In this document: in pieces, positions 1-10,124 of the stretch | How positions within the stretch are numbered: position 1 is the stretch's first letter | Layout: each line of letters opens with the position of its first letter | Assembly: GCA_041862515.1 (NCBI GenBank) | Contig: JBGVTJ010000194.1 | Span: 1 to 59,606, forward strand | Reading direction: 5' to 3' | DNA length: 59,606 bases | DNA from: Thermodesulfobacteriota bacterium | GTDB lineage: Bacteria; Desulfobacterota; BSN033; WVXP01; G020346125 | Program-made: the position numbers and the translations under genes | Notes under the pieces: model-generated | The model's database searches: none | Seen by the model: the letters and a program-made list of their open reading frames with translations, nothing else | Told to the model about the DNA's origin: nothing

Positions 1-165
1 CGAGGGTGAGCAGAGCTTGTCCTGAGTCTTCGACCCTGAGCCTTTCGGCAGTGAGCGACTCGACATGAGCCTTCGACCCGAGCTCAGGCCGAGGGGCTCG
101 TCGACATGTCTCAAGGCCGAACTGCTCGGACCGAAGGGCTCAGCCGAACGGAAGGGAAAGGCCAG
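1..165. repeat. Interspersed structured repeat R1, copy 1 (cut by window edge)
   Basis: nt 1-165 align to 19989-20153 with only a few mismatches (ctgag/ctggg, ctcgga/ctcaga, 3' end gaacggaaggg/gaaggggaggg). The element is built of short TCGAC..GAGCC and GGCTC..CGA units in both orientations. Confidence 0.9.
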
Positions 166-267
166 AACACATTGTTCCCATAACCTGTTTACTCCCTACT
201 CCCTAATCCCTCTTCAATCTCCGCTCTTCACTCTAAACTCTTAGCCATACCCTTAGCCTCTCTCCTC

Positions 268-660
268 CTACCTCTCAGCCTTGCCCTGCTGAGGGGTAAC
301 AGATCCCGAAGCATAGGGAGAAGGGTTTTCTCTGATGGAAATTCTCATTCTTCCGTAACAGAAATTCTCATTCTTCTTGTGAATGCGGTTGGCCTCTGAT
401 ATTATAGGAGCAATGAGGTGGTCCTCCTGATATCTTCGCTGCCAGGCGGACCGTAGAAGGTTGTGGAAGGGTTTTATGCGCTCTCTCTTTTGTTCATAAG
501 AGATCTTCTGCTTTGTTTTCGCTAAGGCACTAAATGCTATCATTCTGTCCTCAAGGTTGAATCGGACTTTGACCGTGATGCCAATCAGTTGCCAAAGATA
601 TTGAGGCAATTCAAAAAGGGGAACAGGTAAAATGGGGTTCCAAAAGACCTCTTTTGCCAA
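268..660 (-). CDS. hypothetical protein (possibly a degenerate Y1/RAYT-type transposase C-terminal remnant)
   Basis: 130-aa ORF. It shows only weak motif resemblance (AWQRRYQEDHLI, ISIRENP) to the WQRxYxDHxI / YIxxNP tail of COG1943 transposases. It is adjacent to an R1 repeat. Confidence 0.3.
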   Translation of the reverse strand: MAKEVFWNPILPVPLFELPQYLWQLIGITVKVRFNLEDRMIAFSALAKTKQKISYEQKRERIKPFHNLLRSAWQRRYQEDHLIAPIISEANRIHKKNENFCYGRMRISIRENPSPYASGSVTPQQGKAER

Positions 661-745
661 AAAAAGGGGCGGGCTTCAAGAAAACTATGGAGTTGAAGGA
701 TATTTGTCGAAGACGGCAACGGGAAAAAAGCAAAGGAATTCCAAA

Positions 746-1240
746 ATGCTATTTCCAACAATAACGATGGCACTCATTGCCGGTATTTTAATCCTGATCG
801 GCTACCTCAGGGGAGGAGGAGAACATATTATTGGATTGCGAAGGGCTGGGAATATGACGATCCAAATCCTCCCGCTTTTGGCATGTGCGTTCACGGTGGC
901 GGGTATGGTCCAGGTTCTCATCCCCCATGATATTTTGGTCAAATGGGTAGGAGTGAAGTCTGGGATACGGGGTATCATGATCGGCACCATAGCGGGCGGT
1001 TTTGCCCCTGGAGGACCCTACATAAGCCTCCCTATCGCAGCCGGCCTCCTGCGGGCAGGGGCCAGTGTAGGAACAATGGTGGCATTCTTGACCGGCTGGT
1101 CATTATGGGCGGTAGGCCGACTGCCAATGGAACTAGGCATCATGGGCTGGAAATTCACCCTTATCAGACTCGCATGTACCTTTTTTTTCCCTCCCATAGC
1201 AGGGATATTAGCGAACAGATTTTTCTCAGCTCTTATCTGA
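746..1240 (+). CDS. predicted permease (DUF318/UPF0718-like), about half the usual length
   Basis: Hydrophobic multi-TM sequence (GGFAPGGPYISLPIAAGLLRAGASVGTMVAFLTGW). The ATG at 746 begins the hydrophobic part. The upstream part of ORF 632..1240 is not protein-like. Confidence 0.55.
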   Translation: MLFPTITMALIAGILILIGYLRGGGEHIIGLRRAGNMTIQILPLLACAFTVAGMVQVLIPHDILVKWVGVKSGIRGIMIGTIAGGFAPGGPYISLPIAAGLLRAGASVGTMVAFLTGWSLWAVGRLPMELGIMGWKFTLIRLACTFFFPPIAGILANRFFSALI

Positions 1241-1397
1241 CCCCACTGGTACTTCCCGGAGAGGTGGGTTGAGAAAAGGGATGATTTTAACTGAATAGGA
1301 ATAATTTGATCTTGCTTTTTTGAATGAAAATAATATAATGGCAATTTTAAGGGTGTGCTTGCAGAAATAATTCATTATAGCCTCTATTGAAAAAGAG

Positions 1398-2072
1398 ATG
1401 CGAATCCTCGTAGTCGAAGACGAAAAGAAGGTTGCCAGCTTTATCAAGAAGGGCCTTCAGGAAGAACACTACGCCGTCGATATCGCTTATGACGGTGAAG
1501 AAGGTCTCGCTTTGGCTCAGATCAACGAGTATGATCTGATCCTCTTGGATATTATGCTTCCCAAATTAGATGGCATGGAGGTCTTGAGGCGAATCCGCCG
1601 CAACGGATTCGGTGTACCTATTCTAATCCTAACCGCAAAGGATTCCGTGGAAGATATCGTCACGGGATTGGACACTGGGTCAGATGATTACTTGACCAAA
1701 CCATTCTCCTTTGCGGAACTGGTGGCGAGGGTAAGGGCCCTGCTTCGAAGAAAGGCAAAGGAAAAGACGGATATCCTCACGATCGGGGATCTGAGCCTAT
1801 CGACATCCACCCATCGGGTGAAAAGGGGGACGAGGGAAATCGAATTGACCCCGAAGGAGTATGCCCTCTTGGAGTATTTCATGAGAAATCCCAATCGCAT
1901 ATTGACGAGGGCCCTCATCACCGAACACGTTTGGGATTATCATTTTGATCCCGAGACTAACGTGATCGACGTCTATGTAAACTATCTTCGCAAGAAAATC
2001 GACCAGGGATTCGAAAAGAAGCTGATTCACACCATTAGGGGTTCCGGCTACATGATGAAGGATGAACCATGA
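1398..2072 (+). CDS. OmpR-family two-component response regulator (CusR/CopR-like)
   Basis: REC domain (MRILVVEDE..LLDIMLPKLDG..LTAKD) plus a winged-helix Trans_reg_C tail (LTPKEYALLEYF..IHTIRGSGY). ATGA overlap with the downstream kinase gene. Confidence 0.95.
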   Translation: MRILVVEDEKKVASFIKKGLQEEHYAVDIAYDGEEGLALAQINEYDLILLDIMLPKLDGMEVLRRIRRNGFGVPILILTAKDSVEDIVTGLDTGSDDYLTKPFSFAELVARVRALLRRKAKEKTDILTIGDLSLSTSTHRVKRGTREIELTPKEYALLEYFMRNPNRILTRALITEHVWDYHFDPETNVIDVYVNYLRKKIDQGFEKKLIHTIRGSGYMMKDEP

Positions 2073-3520
2073 TTTTTGGGAATATCCGGTTTAAGCTGAC
2101 CCTCTGGTACATAATCATACTGGGAATTGTATTGACTTCCTTTAGCACATTTCTCTACCTCACCCTCACGAGGAGTCTATATAAAGGTATCGATACTAAG
2201 ATCCGATCCATTGCGGAAGTGATCGCCTCTTCCTCCACCAACCCCTATTCCCAATACAGTTTTAGTAATCTTGATCGGATGTTAAAGGAATCCTTCGGCG
2301 TGAAACCGCTGACGAAATTCATCCAGGTTTTGGATGAGTCGGGGGAGGTCGGCAGGAAATCGGATAATCTCCGACAATTTCAATTACCCATCTCCATCCG
2401 TGCCCTCAAAAACGCATCTCAGGGAAAGCTCACCTTCGAAACGACAAAGGCCTTGGGTGAATATCCCCTCAGGATGGTCACCGTGCCCGTCATTAGGCGC
2501 CGACATATCATCAATATCGTACAGGTAGCGACATCTTTGGAAGAGGTAGAGGAGGTCCTTAAGACGTTATTGCTCATCTTGTGGATCACCGTTCCCTCGG
2601 TGCTGCTTGTTGCCAGTTTGGGGGGGCTATTCTTGGCCAACAAGGCTTTAAGACCCGTCGATGAAATCACGAAAACAGCCCGGATGATCACTTCAAAGAG
2701 CTTCAATCAAAGGATCAAACTGAGGAAGACCCGAGATGAAATTGGACGATTGGCCGAAACCTTCAATGATATGATATCCAGGTTGGGCCGATCTTTTAAA
2801 CAAATCCGCCAGTTTACCGCCGATGCGTCTCATGAATTGAGGACTCCCTTGACCATCCTCAAGGGAGAAATAGAAGTGGGCCTGAGGAGAAGGAGGCGCC
2901 CCGAGGAATACAAGGAGATATTGGCCAGTAACTTGGAAGAGGTCAACCACATGTCCCAAATCGTCGATGATCTGCTTTTCCTCTCCAAGGCAGATATGGG
3001 GGAAGCCCATCTCGAGAAGCACCGGGTTAACCTAGCGAAACTCGTTTCCGAAGTCCACGCCCAGGCGCAAACCATTGCCATGACCAAGGATATCAGGATC
3101 CATATAAGCAAAGATGTAGATGGGGTGATGATAGGGGATCGGCTCAAGTTGAGGCAACTGCTCCTGAATTTGGTGGATAACGGGATTAAATACACCCCCG
3201 AAGGAGGTGAGATGAGAATCTCACTTGAGAAAGATGATGGCCGATTCAAACTCCGGATAATTGATAATGGAATCGGGATCGCCCCCGAGGATCAAGCTCA
3301 TATCTTTGACCGATTCTTCAGGGTAGATAAGGCCAGGTCGAGGGAGGCCGGGGGAAGCGGTTTGGGCCTGAGCATATGTAAATGGATTGTAGAGGCCCAC
3401 GGCGGGGAAATTACCGTCGAAAGCGACCTCGGCACGGGAAGCATATTTACGGTTACTCTTCCTCTAGCCCCTCCGGATGGGGGAATGACCGCAACTGAAA
3501 CCAGCCCGCCCAAGGGATAG
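2069..3520 (+). CDS. sensor histidine kinase (2 TM, HAMP, HisKA, HATPase_c; CusS-like)
   Basis: H-box FTADASHELRTPLT, N-box LVDNGIKYT, G-boxes DNGIGI and GGSGLGLSI. Confidence 0.95.
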   Translation: MIFGNIRFKLTLWYIIILGIVLTSFSTFLYLTLTRSLYKGIDTKIRSIAEVIASSSTNPYSQYSFSNLDRMLKESFGVKPLTKFIQVLDESGEVGRKSDNLRQFQLPISIRALKNASQGKLTFETTKALGEYPLRMVTVPVIRRRHIINIVQVATSLEEVEEVLKTLLLILWITVPSVLLVASLGGLFLANKALRPVDEITKTARMITSKSFNQRIKLRKTRDEIGRLAETFNDMISRLGRSFKQIRQFTADASHELRTPLTILKGEIEVGLRRRRRPEEYKEILASNLEEVNHMSQIVDDLLFLSKADMGEAHLEKHRVNLAKLVSEVHAQAQTIAMTKDIRIHISKDVDGVMIGDRLKLRQLLLNLVDNGIKYTPEGGEMRISLEKDDGRFKLRIIDNGIGIAPEDQAHIFDRFFRVDKARSREAGGSGLGLSICKWIVEAHGGEITVESDLGTGSIFTVTLPLAPPDGGMTATETSPPKG

Positions 3521-3625
3521 CCTTCACAAGATTAGAGGATTTTAATTTCGTTTTAATCCCTTTTTAATCTTCCCTCTATATAATTATGTATTATCGCATC
3601 AATGGTGAACCAAAGGAGGGAAGAG

Positions 3626-3913
3626 ATGTTTTTTAAACTGATCTTGGAGGGGGGACATCTAGGAGCGGGCAAGAGTTATGATATCGTGAAGTATTTGAAG
3701 GGGAGGGATATTCTAGCTGTCCTCACTTGGGCATTTAGTATTCCCAGAGCAAAGAAAAAAGAGAGCGGCAAGGGCGTTAAATTGATCAAGGAAATCAGCA
3801 AAAACGAGTATCTGTTGGGTAAGTTGAGAGAGAAGGGTGATCCTTATCTCAATCCCCCCAATCGACATCTCCATAACGGTCGAGAGTATAACGAACACGA
3901 GGAAAGGAGATGA
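3626..3913 (+). CDS. small hypothetical protein in the RR-HK-HtrA operon
   Basis: AGGAGGG Shine-Dalgarno 5 nt before the ATG at 3626. ATGA overlap with the htrA start. No family recognised. Confidence 0.5.
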   Translation: MFFKLILEGGHLGAGKSYDIVKYLKGRDILAVLTWAFSIPRAKKKESGKGVKLIKEISKNEYLLGKLREKGDPYLNPPNRHLHNGREYNEHEERR

Positions 3914-5382
3914 TAAAGGGGTTCATAGGTTTTCGGAGGAGATGGTTTTCCGTCCTCATGGCCATTGGCCTTGCGTTGGCTTTCATCGGCATCCATAAAG
4001 AGGCCAGGTCCCTTGAGCTGTTCAAAGGGAAAAAAGAGAAGGGCAGGATTGAGGCGGAACGCCCCAGCTCCTTTACCGATTTAGCAAAGAAGATGAAGCC
4101 CTCGGTGATCAATATCAGATCCACGAAAATAGTCAAACATCCGGGAGGCGGCTTCCAGGGTCCCTCCGGCCCAAAAAGCCCCTTTCGGGATTTTTTTGGG
4201 GATGAATTCTTCGAGCGTTTCTTCGGCGAAATCCCTCCGAGGGAATTTCCTCAGAACAGCCTTGGCTCGGGATTCATCATAGATGAACAAGGATATATCT
4301 TAACTAACAACCACGTCATCGAAAAGGCAGACAAGATCAAGGTCCGACTATCCGACGAGCAAGAGTTCGATGCCGAAGTTGTGGGGCGAGATCCAAAGAC
4401 AGATATCGCCCTGATAAAAATCGAATCGAGCACACCCCTTCAAGCAGTGACGATGGGCGATTCCGACAAACTGCAAGTAGGAGAGTGGCTCATAGCCATC
4501 GGGAATCCCTTCGGCCTTGAACATACGGTTACTGCCGGGATCGTCAGTGCGAAGGGTCGAGTGCTTGGTTCAGGACCCTACGATGACTTTATTCAAACGG
4601 ATGCCTCCATCAACCCCGGAAATAGCGGCGGCCCCCTGATTAATATGAGGGGAGAAGTTGTTGGCATTAATACCGCCATTATCGCAGGGGGGACCGGAAT
4701 CGGGTTTGCCATCCCCATCAATATGGTCAAAGAGATTCTCCCCCAATTGAAGGAAAAGGGGGAGGTTACGAGGGGATGGTTGGGGGTTATGATTCAGAAC
4801 GTAACGCCTGAGCTCGCGAAACAATTCGGCCTGGAGAAATCGGAGGGGGCGTTGGTAGCCCAGGTAATGGAAGATAGCCCGGCAGAAAAAGCCGGGATAA
4901 AACGCGAGGATATCATCATCGAATTCGACGAGGAGAAAATCCACAAAATGAGCGAACTCCCAAAGATCGTAGCAAATACCCCAGTTGGGAAGCAGGTTGA
5001 GGCAAAAGTCATCAGACAGGGGAAGGCGAAAAAACTGAAGATTGAGGTGGGGGAGCTGAAGGAGGAAAAAGTCACAAAGGCGGGGGAATTCACAATCGAA
5101 AAAGAGCTCGGACTCACCGTCCAAGACCTTACCCCTGAAATCGCGAAACACCTGGGAATATCCGAAAAAGCTGGAGTCTTAGTGTCACAGGTGAAGGTGG
5201 GCAGTCCAGCCCATGAAGCGGGTATCCGAAGGGGTGATATCATAAGGGAGATCGATCGTCAACCCATCGAGGATTTGAAGGGGTATAGACGGCAAATGGA
5301 CAAATTGAAGGAAAAAAAAGAGATCCTCATGTTGGTTCAAAGGGAGGAAAACACCTTCTTCGTCGTGCTGGAAAGGGGGTAA
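3910..5382 (+). CDS. htrA: periplasmic serine endoprotease DegP/HtrA family with two PDZ domains
   Basis: Catalytic motifs TNNHVI, D(I)ALIK and GNSGGPL. N-terminal signal/anchor. Two PDZ-like segments. Confidence 0.95.
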   Translation: MIKGFIGFRRRWFSVLMAIGLALAFIGIHKEARSLELFKGKKEKGRIEAERPSSFTDLAKKMKPSVINIRSTKIVKHPGGGFQGPSGPKSPFRDFFGDEFFERFFGEIPPREFPQNSLGSGFIIDEQGYILTNNHVIEKADKIKVRLSDEQEFDAEVVGRDPKTDIALIKIESSTPLQAVTMGDSDKLQVGEWLIAIGNPFGLEHTVTAGIVSAKGRVLGSGPYDDFIQTDASINPGNSGGPLINMRGEVVGINTAIIAGGTGIGFAIPINMVKEILPQLKEKGEVTRGWLGVMIQNVTPELAKQFGLEKSEGALVAQVMEDSPAEKAGIKREDIIIEFDEEKIHKMSELPKIVANTPVGKQVEAKVIRQGKAKKLKIEVGELKEEKVTKAGEFTIEKELGLTVQDLTPEIAKHLGISEKAGVLVSQVKVGSPAHEAGIRRGDIIREIDRQPIEDLKGYRRQMDKLKEKKEILMLVQREENTFFVVLERG

Positions 5383-5720
5383 TGCCCCGATGGGACGTAC
5401 GACGTACCAAGACATCTGGACGAAATCCGATCACCGGCTCAATTTCATCCAATTTACCACGGTTTCGAATCCCACCTAAGAGTATTCTGCATCCGTCCAA
5501 CTCCCGTGTGGATTTTCCTCAAAAAATCGATCCATTCAGGTTCACAGATTCTCTTTGGATAGCCCTTGGCGAAGAGGTATGCAAAAAGGTCACAATTGAC
5601 CGATTTTTATTCACTTTTTTCATCCCCTCTGAGACCTCTCTACCCTTCCAAGATTTCCCGTTTCTTAAATTTGACTATGATTTCACTGGCTTTTCGAGGG
5701 TACAAGTCCTTGACGAATTT

Positions 5721-5736
5721 TGGCATCTATTTTGCT
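5721..5736 (+). promoter_or_regulatory. sigma54 (-24/-12) promoter candidate upstream of pilB
   Basis: TGGCAT-ctatt-TTGCT matches TGGCAC-N5-TTGCW with exact GG-to-GC spacing of 12. It lies about 150 nt upstream of the pilB ATG, and a sigma54-dependent activator (pilR) is in the same cluster. Confidence 0.55.
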
Positions 5737-5780
5737 AGTTTTAGCACCTAACTTTCAAAGGACCCATTTCCCAAATTTTC

Positions 5781-5809
5781 TTGACAAATTTCGTCCTTCC
5801 CTCTATCTT
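5781..5809 (+). promoter_or_regulatory. sigma70-like promoter candidate upstream of pilB
   Basis: TTGACA (5781-5786), a 17-nt spacer, then TATCTT (5804-5809). Confidence 0.3.
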
Positions 5810-5887
5810 TTAGTTTTAGGTATTATGGTATCTTCTGGCTATGCAAGGCCAAAACCGAAAGAAAACCTCTTATTGCATGGTTAAATC

Positions 5888-7684
5888 ATGAGCGATAACG
5901 TAGCCCAGATAGCCCTTAAGGGAAATTTGATTAGCTCGGAGCAGTATCAAAAGGCGGTGGAAGAACAGAAGGTGAAGGGAGGCAGTATGGGGGCAAGCCT
6001 CATTCGGATGGGAGTAGTTAAGGAGGACGCCCTCCTCTCCTGCCTCAGTAGATATTATAAAGTCCCATCGGTCAAGATATCCAATATGCAAATAGATACG
6101 AAGATCACCGGTTTGGTCCCATCCAGCATGGCAAAGAAACATCTCATCATCCCTATCAACCGAGTAGGGGCTAAGCTGACCTTGGCCATGGCGGATCCGA
6201 ATAACTTCCTCGCCATCGACGAAATTAAATTCATCACGAGTTTCAATGTAGAACCTGTAGTAGCCTCGGATTACGATATCATCGATGGTATCAAGAAATA
6301 CTATGGGGGCGGTAGAGGTCTCGATGGGAAGGGCTCAGTTTCCATTGATGCCAGAGATTACACCCTGGGTGAGGATGAGCTAGGCACCCTTGAGGAATTC
6401 GATGATGCGGATCTGATCGACGTCGGCGATTTCGATGCCCTCGTCACGGGAGCGGTGGATAAGGTGGAGGTGGTGGAGGGAAGCGATGAAACCGACATGA
6501 AATCCGAAGATATCGATGCCCCGGTCATTAAACTCGTGAACGGGATTTTGATCAACGCCATTAAGGTCGGGGCGAGCGATATCCATTTCGAGCCGTATGA
6601 GAGAACATTCCGGGTTCGATTCCGCGTGGACGGCGTCATGAGGAAGGCGTTGGGATTGCCCGTTCAGATAAAGAATGCTACTGTTTCTCGATTAAAGATC
6701 ATGTCCAGGCTGGATATTGCGGAAAAGAGGCTTCCCCAAGACGGTCGTATTAAGTTGAGATTGGGAAGGCGGGAAATGGATTTCAGGGTCTCCGTTCTGC
6801 CAACCCTCTTCGGAGAAAAAGTAGTCCTTCGTCTCCTCGATAAATCGGCTCTCCAGTTGGATATGACGAAATTGGGCTTTGACGTTGAGGCCCTTGAACA
6901 GTTCAAAGAGGCCGTCCATAAACCTGTAGGCATGGTGTTGGTAACCGGGCCGACGGGAAGCGGGAAAACAACCACCCTTTACTCCGCGCTCTCGGAATTG
7001 AATAAGGAGACCGACAATATCACCACTGCTGAAGATCCCATCGAGTTCAACTTTATGGGGATTAATCAAGTTCAAATGCACGAGGAAATTGGCCTTACCT
7101 TCGCCTCGGCGTTACGCTCTTTCCTCCGACAAGACCCCGATATCATTATGGTGGGGGAGATTCGAGACTTCGAAACGGCCCAGATCGCCATCCAAGCAGC
7201 CCTTACGGGACATCTCGTGATGAGCACCGTCCACACCAACGACGCCCCTGGAACCATAACCAGGCTCATCGATATGGGGATTGAACCCTTCCTCATCACC
7301 TCATCCGTCCTGCTCATCCTGGCCCAAAGGTTGGCGAGGAAAATCTGCACAGAGTGCAAGGAACCCATCCAAATGAATCCAAAAGTGCTCATGGGGCTGG
7401 GTGTCCCTCGAGAGGAGATAGATGGTTTCACCGTCTATAAGGGGAAGGGATGCTCCATATGCAGCAATACCGGTTATAAGGGGAGGATCGGCCTTTATGA
7501 GGTAATGCCCTTATGGGATGAACTGAAAGAACTCGTCCTATCCCGGGCCTCTACCGTGGAGGTTAAAAAGGAAGCGAAAAGGTTTGGGATGAAAACCCTC
7601 AGGATGGCGGGCATTTCTAAAATCAAGGAGGGCATGACCACCATTGAGGAAGTCTTGAGGACCACTATGAATGATCAGAAATGA
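5888..7684 (+). CDS. pilB: type IV pilus assembly ATPase PilB (GspE family)
   Basis: N-terminal T2SSE_N/MshEN-like domain, Walker A GPTGSGKTTT, Asp/His boxes, and a tetracysteine motif CTEC..CSIC. Confidence 0.95.
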   Translation: MSDNVAQIALKGNLISSEQYQKAVEEQKVKGGSMGASLIRMGVVKEDALLSCLSRYYKVPSVKISNMQIDTKITGLVPSSMAKKHLIIPINRVGAKLTLAMADPNNFLAIDEIKFITSFNVEPVVASDYDIIDGIKKYYGGGRGLDGKGSVSIDARDYTLGEDELGTLEEFDDADLIDVGDFDALVTGAVDKVEVVEGSDETDMKSEDIDAPVIKLVNGILINAIKVGASDIHFEPYERTFRVRFRVDGVMRKALGLPVQIKNATVSRLKIMSRLDIAEKRLPQDGRIKLRLGRREMDFRVSVLPTLFGEKVVLRLLDKSALQLDMTKLGFDVEALEQFKEAVHKPVGMVLVTGPTGSGKTTTLYSALSELNKETDNITTAEDPIEFNFMGINQVQMHEEIGLTFASALRSFLRQDPDIIMVGEIRDFETAQIAIQAALTGHLVMSTVHTNDAPGTITRLIDMGIEPFLITSSVLLILAQRLARKICTECKEPIQMNPKVLMGLGVPREEIDGFTVYKGKGCSICSNTGYKGRIGLYEVMPLWDELKELVLSRASTVEVKKEAKRFGMKTLRMAGISKIKEGMTTIEEVLRTTMNDQK

Positions 7685-7718
7685 GCACGAGGGCTTGATT
7701 CAAGGGAAAGGGGATAAC

Positions 7719-8858
7719 ATGGCGGAACAACAGCAGTTACAACAACAGCATCTGGATCTACAGAAATTATTGCAAATGATGATCGAAAAGAAGGCATCGG
7801 ATTTACATATTACCACGGGAGCGCCACCTCAGTTTAGGATCGATGGAAAATTGGCTGCAGTAGGTTCAACCCCGCTTAACGCCTCCGATACGAAAGGGCT
7901 CTGTTATAGCGTCTTGACTGATGCCCAACGCCATCGATTCGAGGAGGAAAGTGAGTTGGACTTCTCCTTCGGCATTAAGGGACTGAGCCGCTTCAGGGGG
8001 AATGTGTTCGTCCAGCGAGGGGCAGTGGCTGGGGCTTTCAGGGCCATTCCTTACCAGATACTGAGCTTTGAAGAACTGGGAGTTCCGCCCATTGCTAATG
8101 AGATGCTCAAAAAGCCTAAAGGGCTCATCTTAATAACGGGACCAACGGGAACAGGGAAATCCACGACCCTGGCCTCGATGATCGATAAACTCAATAGCGA
8201 ACGAAGCGCCCATATCATCACCATAGAGGATCCCATCGAGTACCTCCATCGTCATAAGAAGTGCATTGTCAACCAGCGGGAGATCAACACCGATACCAAG
8301 AGTTTCAGTGGGGCCCTAAGACACATCCTGAGGCAGGATCCGGACATCATACTCATTGGCGAGATGAGGGATCTTGAGACCATCGAAACCGCCTTAGTCG
8401 TCGCTGAAACCGGCCACCTCACCTTTGCCACTTTGCATACGAACTCCTGTGTAGAGACTATCAATCGAGTTATCGATGTCTTCCCACCACATCAGCAACC
8501 CCAAGTCAGGGCCCAGCTCTCCTTTGTCATGGAGGGTGTGCTCACTCAACAGCTCCTTCCGAAGGCAAGGGAACCGGGGAGATGTTTGGCGGTTGAGATC
8601 ATGATCCCCAACCCCGCCATACGCAACCTTATCCGCGAGGATAAAATCCACCAAATATATTCCCAAATGCAGGTCGGCCAGGCAAAGTTCGGGATGCAGA
8701 CTATGAACCAATCCCTCTTCTCCCTCTACCAGAGGGGATTGATCACGTTACAGGATGCCATGGAACGGAGCCATAATTTGGACGAATTCATGAATATGTT
8801 GAAGGCCAGCGGACAGATGATTGACAAGCATGCGAGACAGGCCACGAGACCCCATTAA
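7719..8858 (+). CDS. pilT: twitching motility (pilus retraction) ATPase PilT
   Basis: ASDLHI, Walker A GPTGTGKSTT, and AIRNLIRE(D/G)K with HQIYS. The ATG at 7719 is preceded by GGGAAAGGGG. Confidence 0.93.
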   Translation: MAEQQQLQQQHLDLQKLLQMMIEKKASDLHITTGAPPQFRIDGKLAAVGSTPLNASDTKGLCYSVLTDAQRHRFEEESELDFSFGIKGLSRFRGNVFVQRGAVAGAFRAIPYQILSFEELGVPPIANEMLKKPKGLILITGPTGTGKSTTLASMIDKLNSERSAHIITIEDPIEYLHRHKKCIVNQREINTDTKSFSGALRHILRQDPDIILIGEMRDLETIETALVVAETGHLTFATLHTNSCVETINRVIDVFPPHQQPQVRAQLSFVMEGVLTQQLLPKAREPGRCLAVEIMIPNPAIRNLIREDKIHQIYSQMQVGQAKFGMQTMNQSLFSLYQRGLITLQDAMERSHNLDEFMNMLKASGQMIDKHARQATRPH

Positions 8859-8891
8859 GGATAAGACCAACTAATCTAACAGGAGCACATC

Positions 8892-10097
8892 ATGCCGAGA
8901 TATAAATGGGAGGGGAAGACGCTCAGGGGAGAGAAGAGGAAGGGTGAGATGGAGGCCCCTGATGAAGGGAGCGTCAGGACTCACCTCAGGCAACAGAACG
9001 TAGTTCCAACCAAAGTGGTGGCAAAGGGAAAGGAAGTCTCTTTCAGCTTTGGTAGGCAGAGAGTTAAGAAGAAAGACGTGGCCGTTTTCACCCGACAACT
9101 GGCCACCATGATAGATGCGGGCTTACCCCTCGTACAATCCCTCGATATTCTCGCCATGCAACAGGAAAACAAAGTCTTTAAGGAAGTCATCAAGAATATC
9201 AAGGAAAATGTGGAGGGTGGTTCCACATTTGCGGCGGCACTGGGAAGGCAGCCCAAAGTCTTCGATGACCTTTACGTCAACCTCGTTATCGCCGGTGAAG
9301 AGGGGGGGATTTTGGACAACGTCCTCAACAGGCTGGCCATATATATCGAGAAAGCCGAGGCCTTAAAGAAGAAGGTCAAGTCGGCTTTGGTTTACCCATC
9401 CACTATCGTGGGTGTAGCCATCATTGTGGTGGCTATCCTGATGATCTTCGTCATCCCCGTCTTTGCTAAGATCTTCTCCTCCATGGGGCATACCCTTCCC
9501 CTTCCCACGATCATCGTCATCGGTATCAGTAATCTGCTCAAGAAATATTTTTTGTTGATCATCGTTGCCCTAGCCGTCCTCCTCTTTCTGCTCAAAAGGT
9601 ATTACTCTACGGAGAAAGGCAAGTTTACCATCGACAGCTTCATTCTCAAAACCCCGGTATTCGGTATGCTGTTCCGAAAGGTGGCTGTTGCCCGATTCGC
9701 GAGAACACTCTCCACCTTGATCACAAGCGGGGTTCCTATCTTGGATGGTTTAACGATCACCTCAAAGACTGCGGGAAACAAACCGATCGAATACGCAATC
9801 ATGAAAGCTCGCACGAGTATCAGTGAGGGAGAAACCATTGCCGAACCGCTGGCGAGGAGCGAAATTTTTCCCCCCATGGTCACCCAGATGATCGCCGTTG
9901 GAGAATCCACGGGATCCCTCGATTCGATGTTAAGCAAGATCGCTGATTTCTATGAGGAGGAAGTCGATGTCGCTGTCGCTACCCTGACCTCCCTCCTAGA
10001 GCCATTGTTAATGGTCTTTCTGGGCGTGACGGTTGGTGGAGTCGTCATCGCCATGTATTTGCCAATATTCAAAATAGCAACGGTGGGGGTTGGTTAA
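8892..10097 (+). CDS. pilC: type IV pilus platform protein PilC (GspF family)
   Basis: Two T2SSF repeats and 3 TM segments. FTRQLATMIDAGLPLVQSL and the C-terminal LPIFK motif. Confidence 0.95.
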   Translation: MPRYKWEGKTLRGEKRKGEMEAPDEGSVRTHLRQQNVVPTKVVAKGKEVSFSFGRQRVKKKDVAVFTRQLATMIDAGLPLVQSLDILAMQQENKVFKEVIKNIKENVEGGSTFAAALGRQPKVFDDLYVNLVIAGEEGGILDNVLNRLAIYIEKAEALKKKVKSALVYPSTIVGVAIIVVAILMIFVIPVFAKIFSSMGHTLPLPTIIVIGISNLLKKYFLLIIVALAVLLFLLKRYYSTEKGKFTIDSFILKTPVFGMLFRKVAVARFARTLSTLITSGVPILDGLTITSKTAGNKPIEYAIMKARTSISEGETIAEPLARSEIFPPMVTQMIAVGESTGSLDSMLSKIADFYEEEVDVAVATLTSLLEPLLMVFLGVTVGGVVIAMYLPIFKIATVGVG

Positions 10098-10124
10098 GAA
10101 CCATCGGAGCGTCCCATAGCTATC

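Noticed and set aside
5455-5480. A tRNA T-loop-like GGTTTCGAATCCC motif (a possible tRNA or att remnant).
   Set aside because: There is one extra T relative to GGTTCGAATCC. No complementary T-stem, acceptor stem or anticodon arm could be drawn on either strand.
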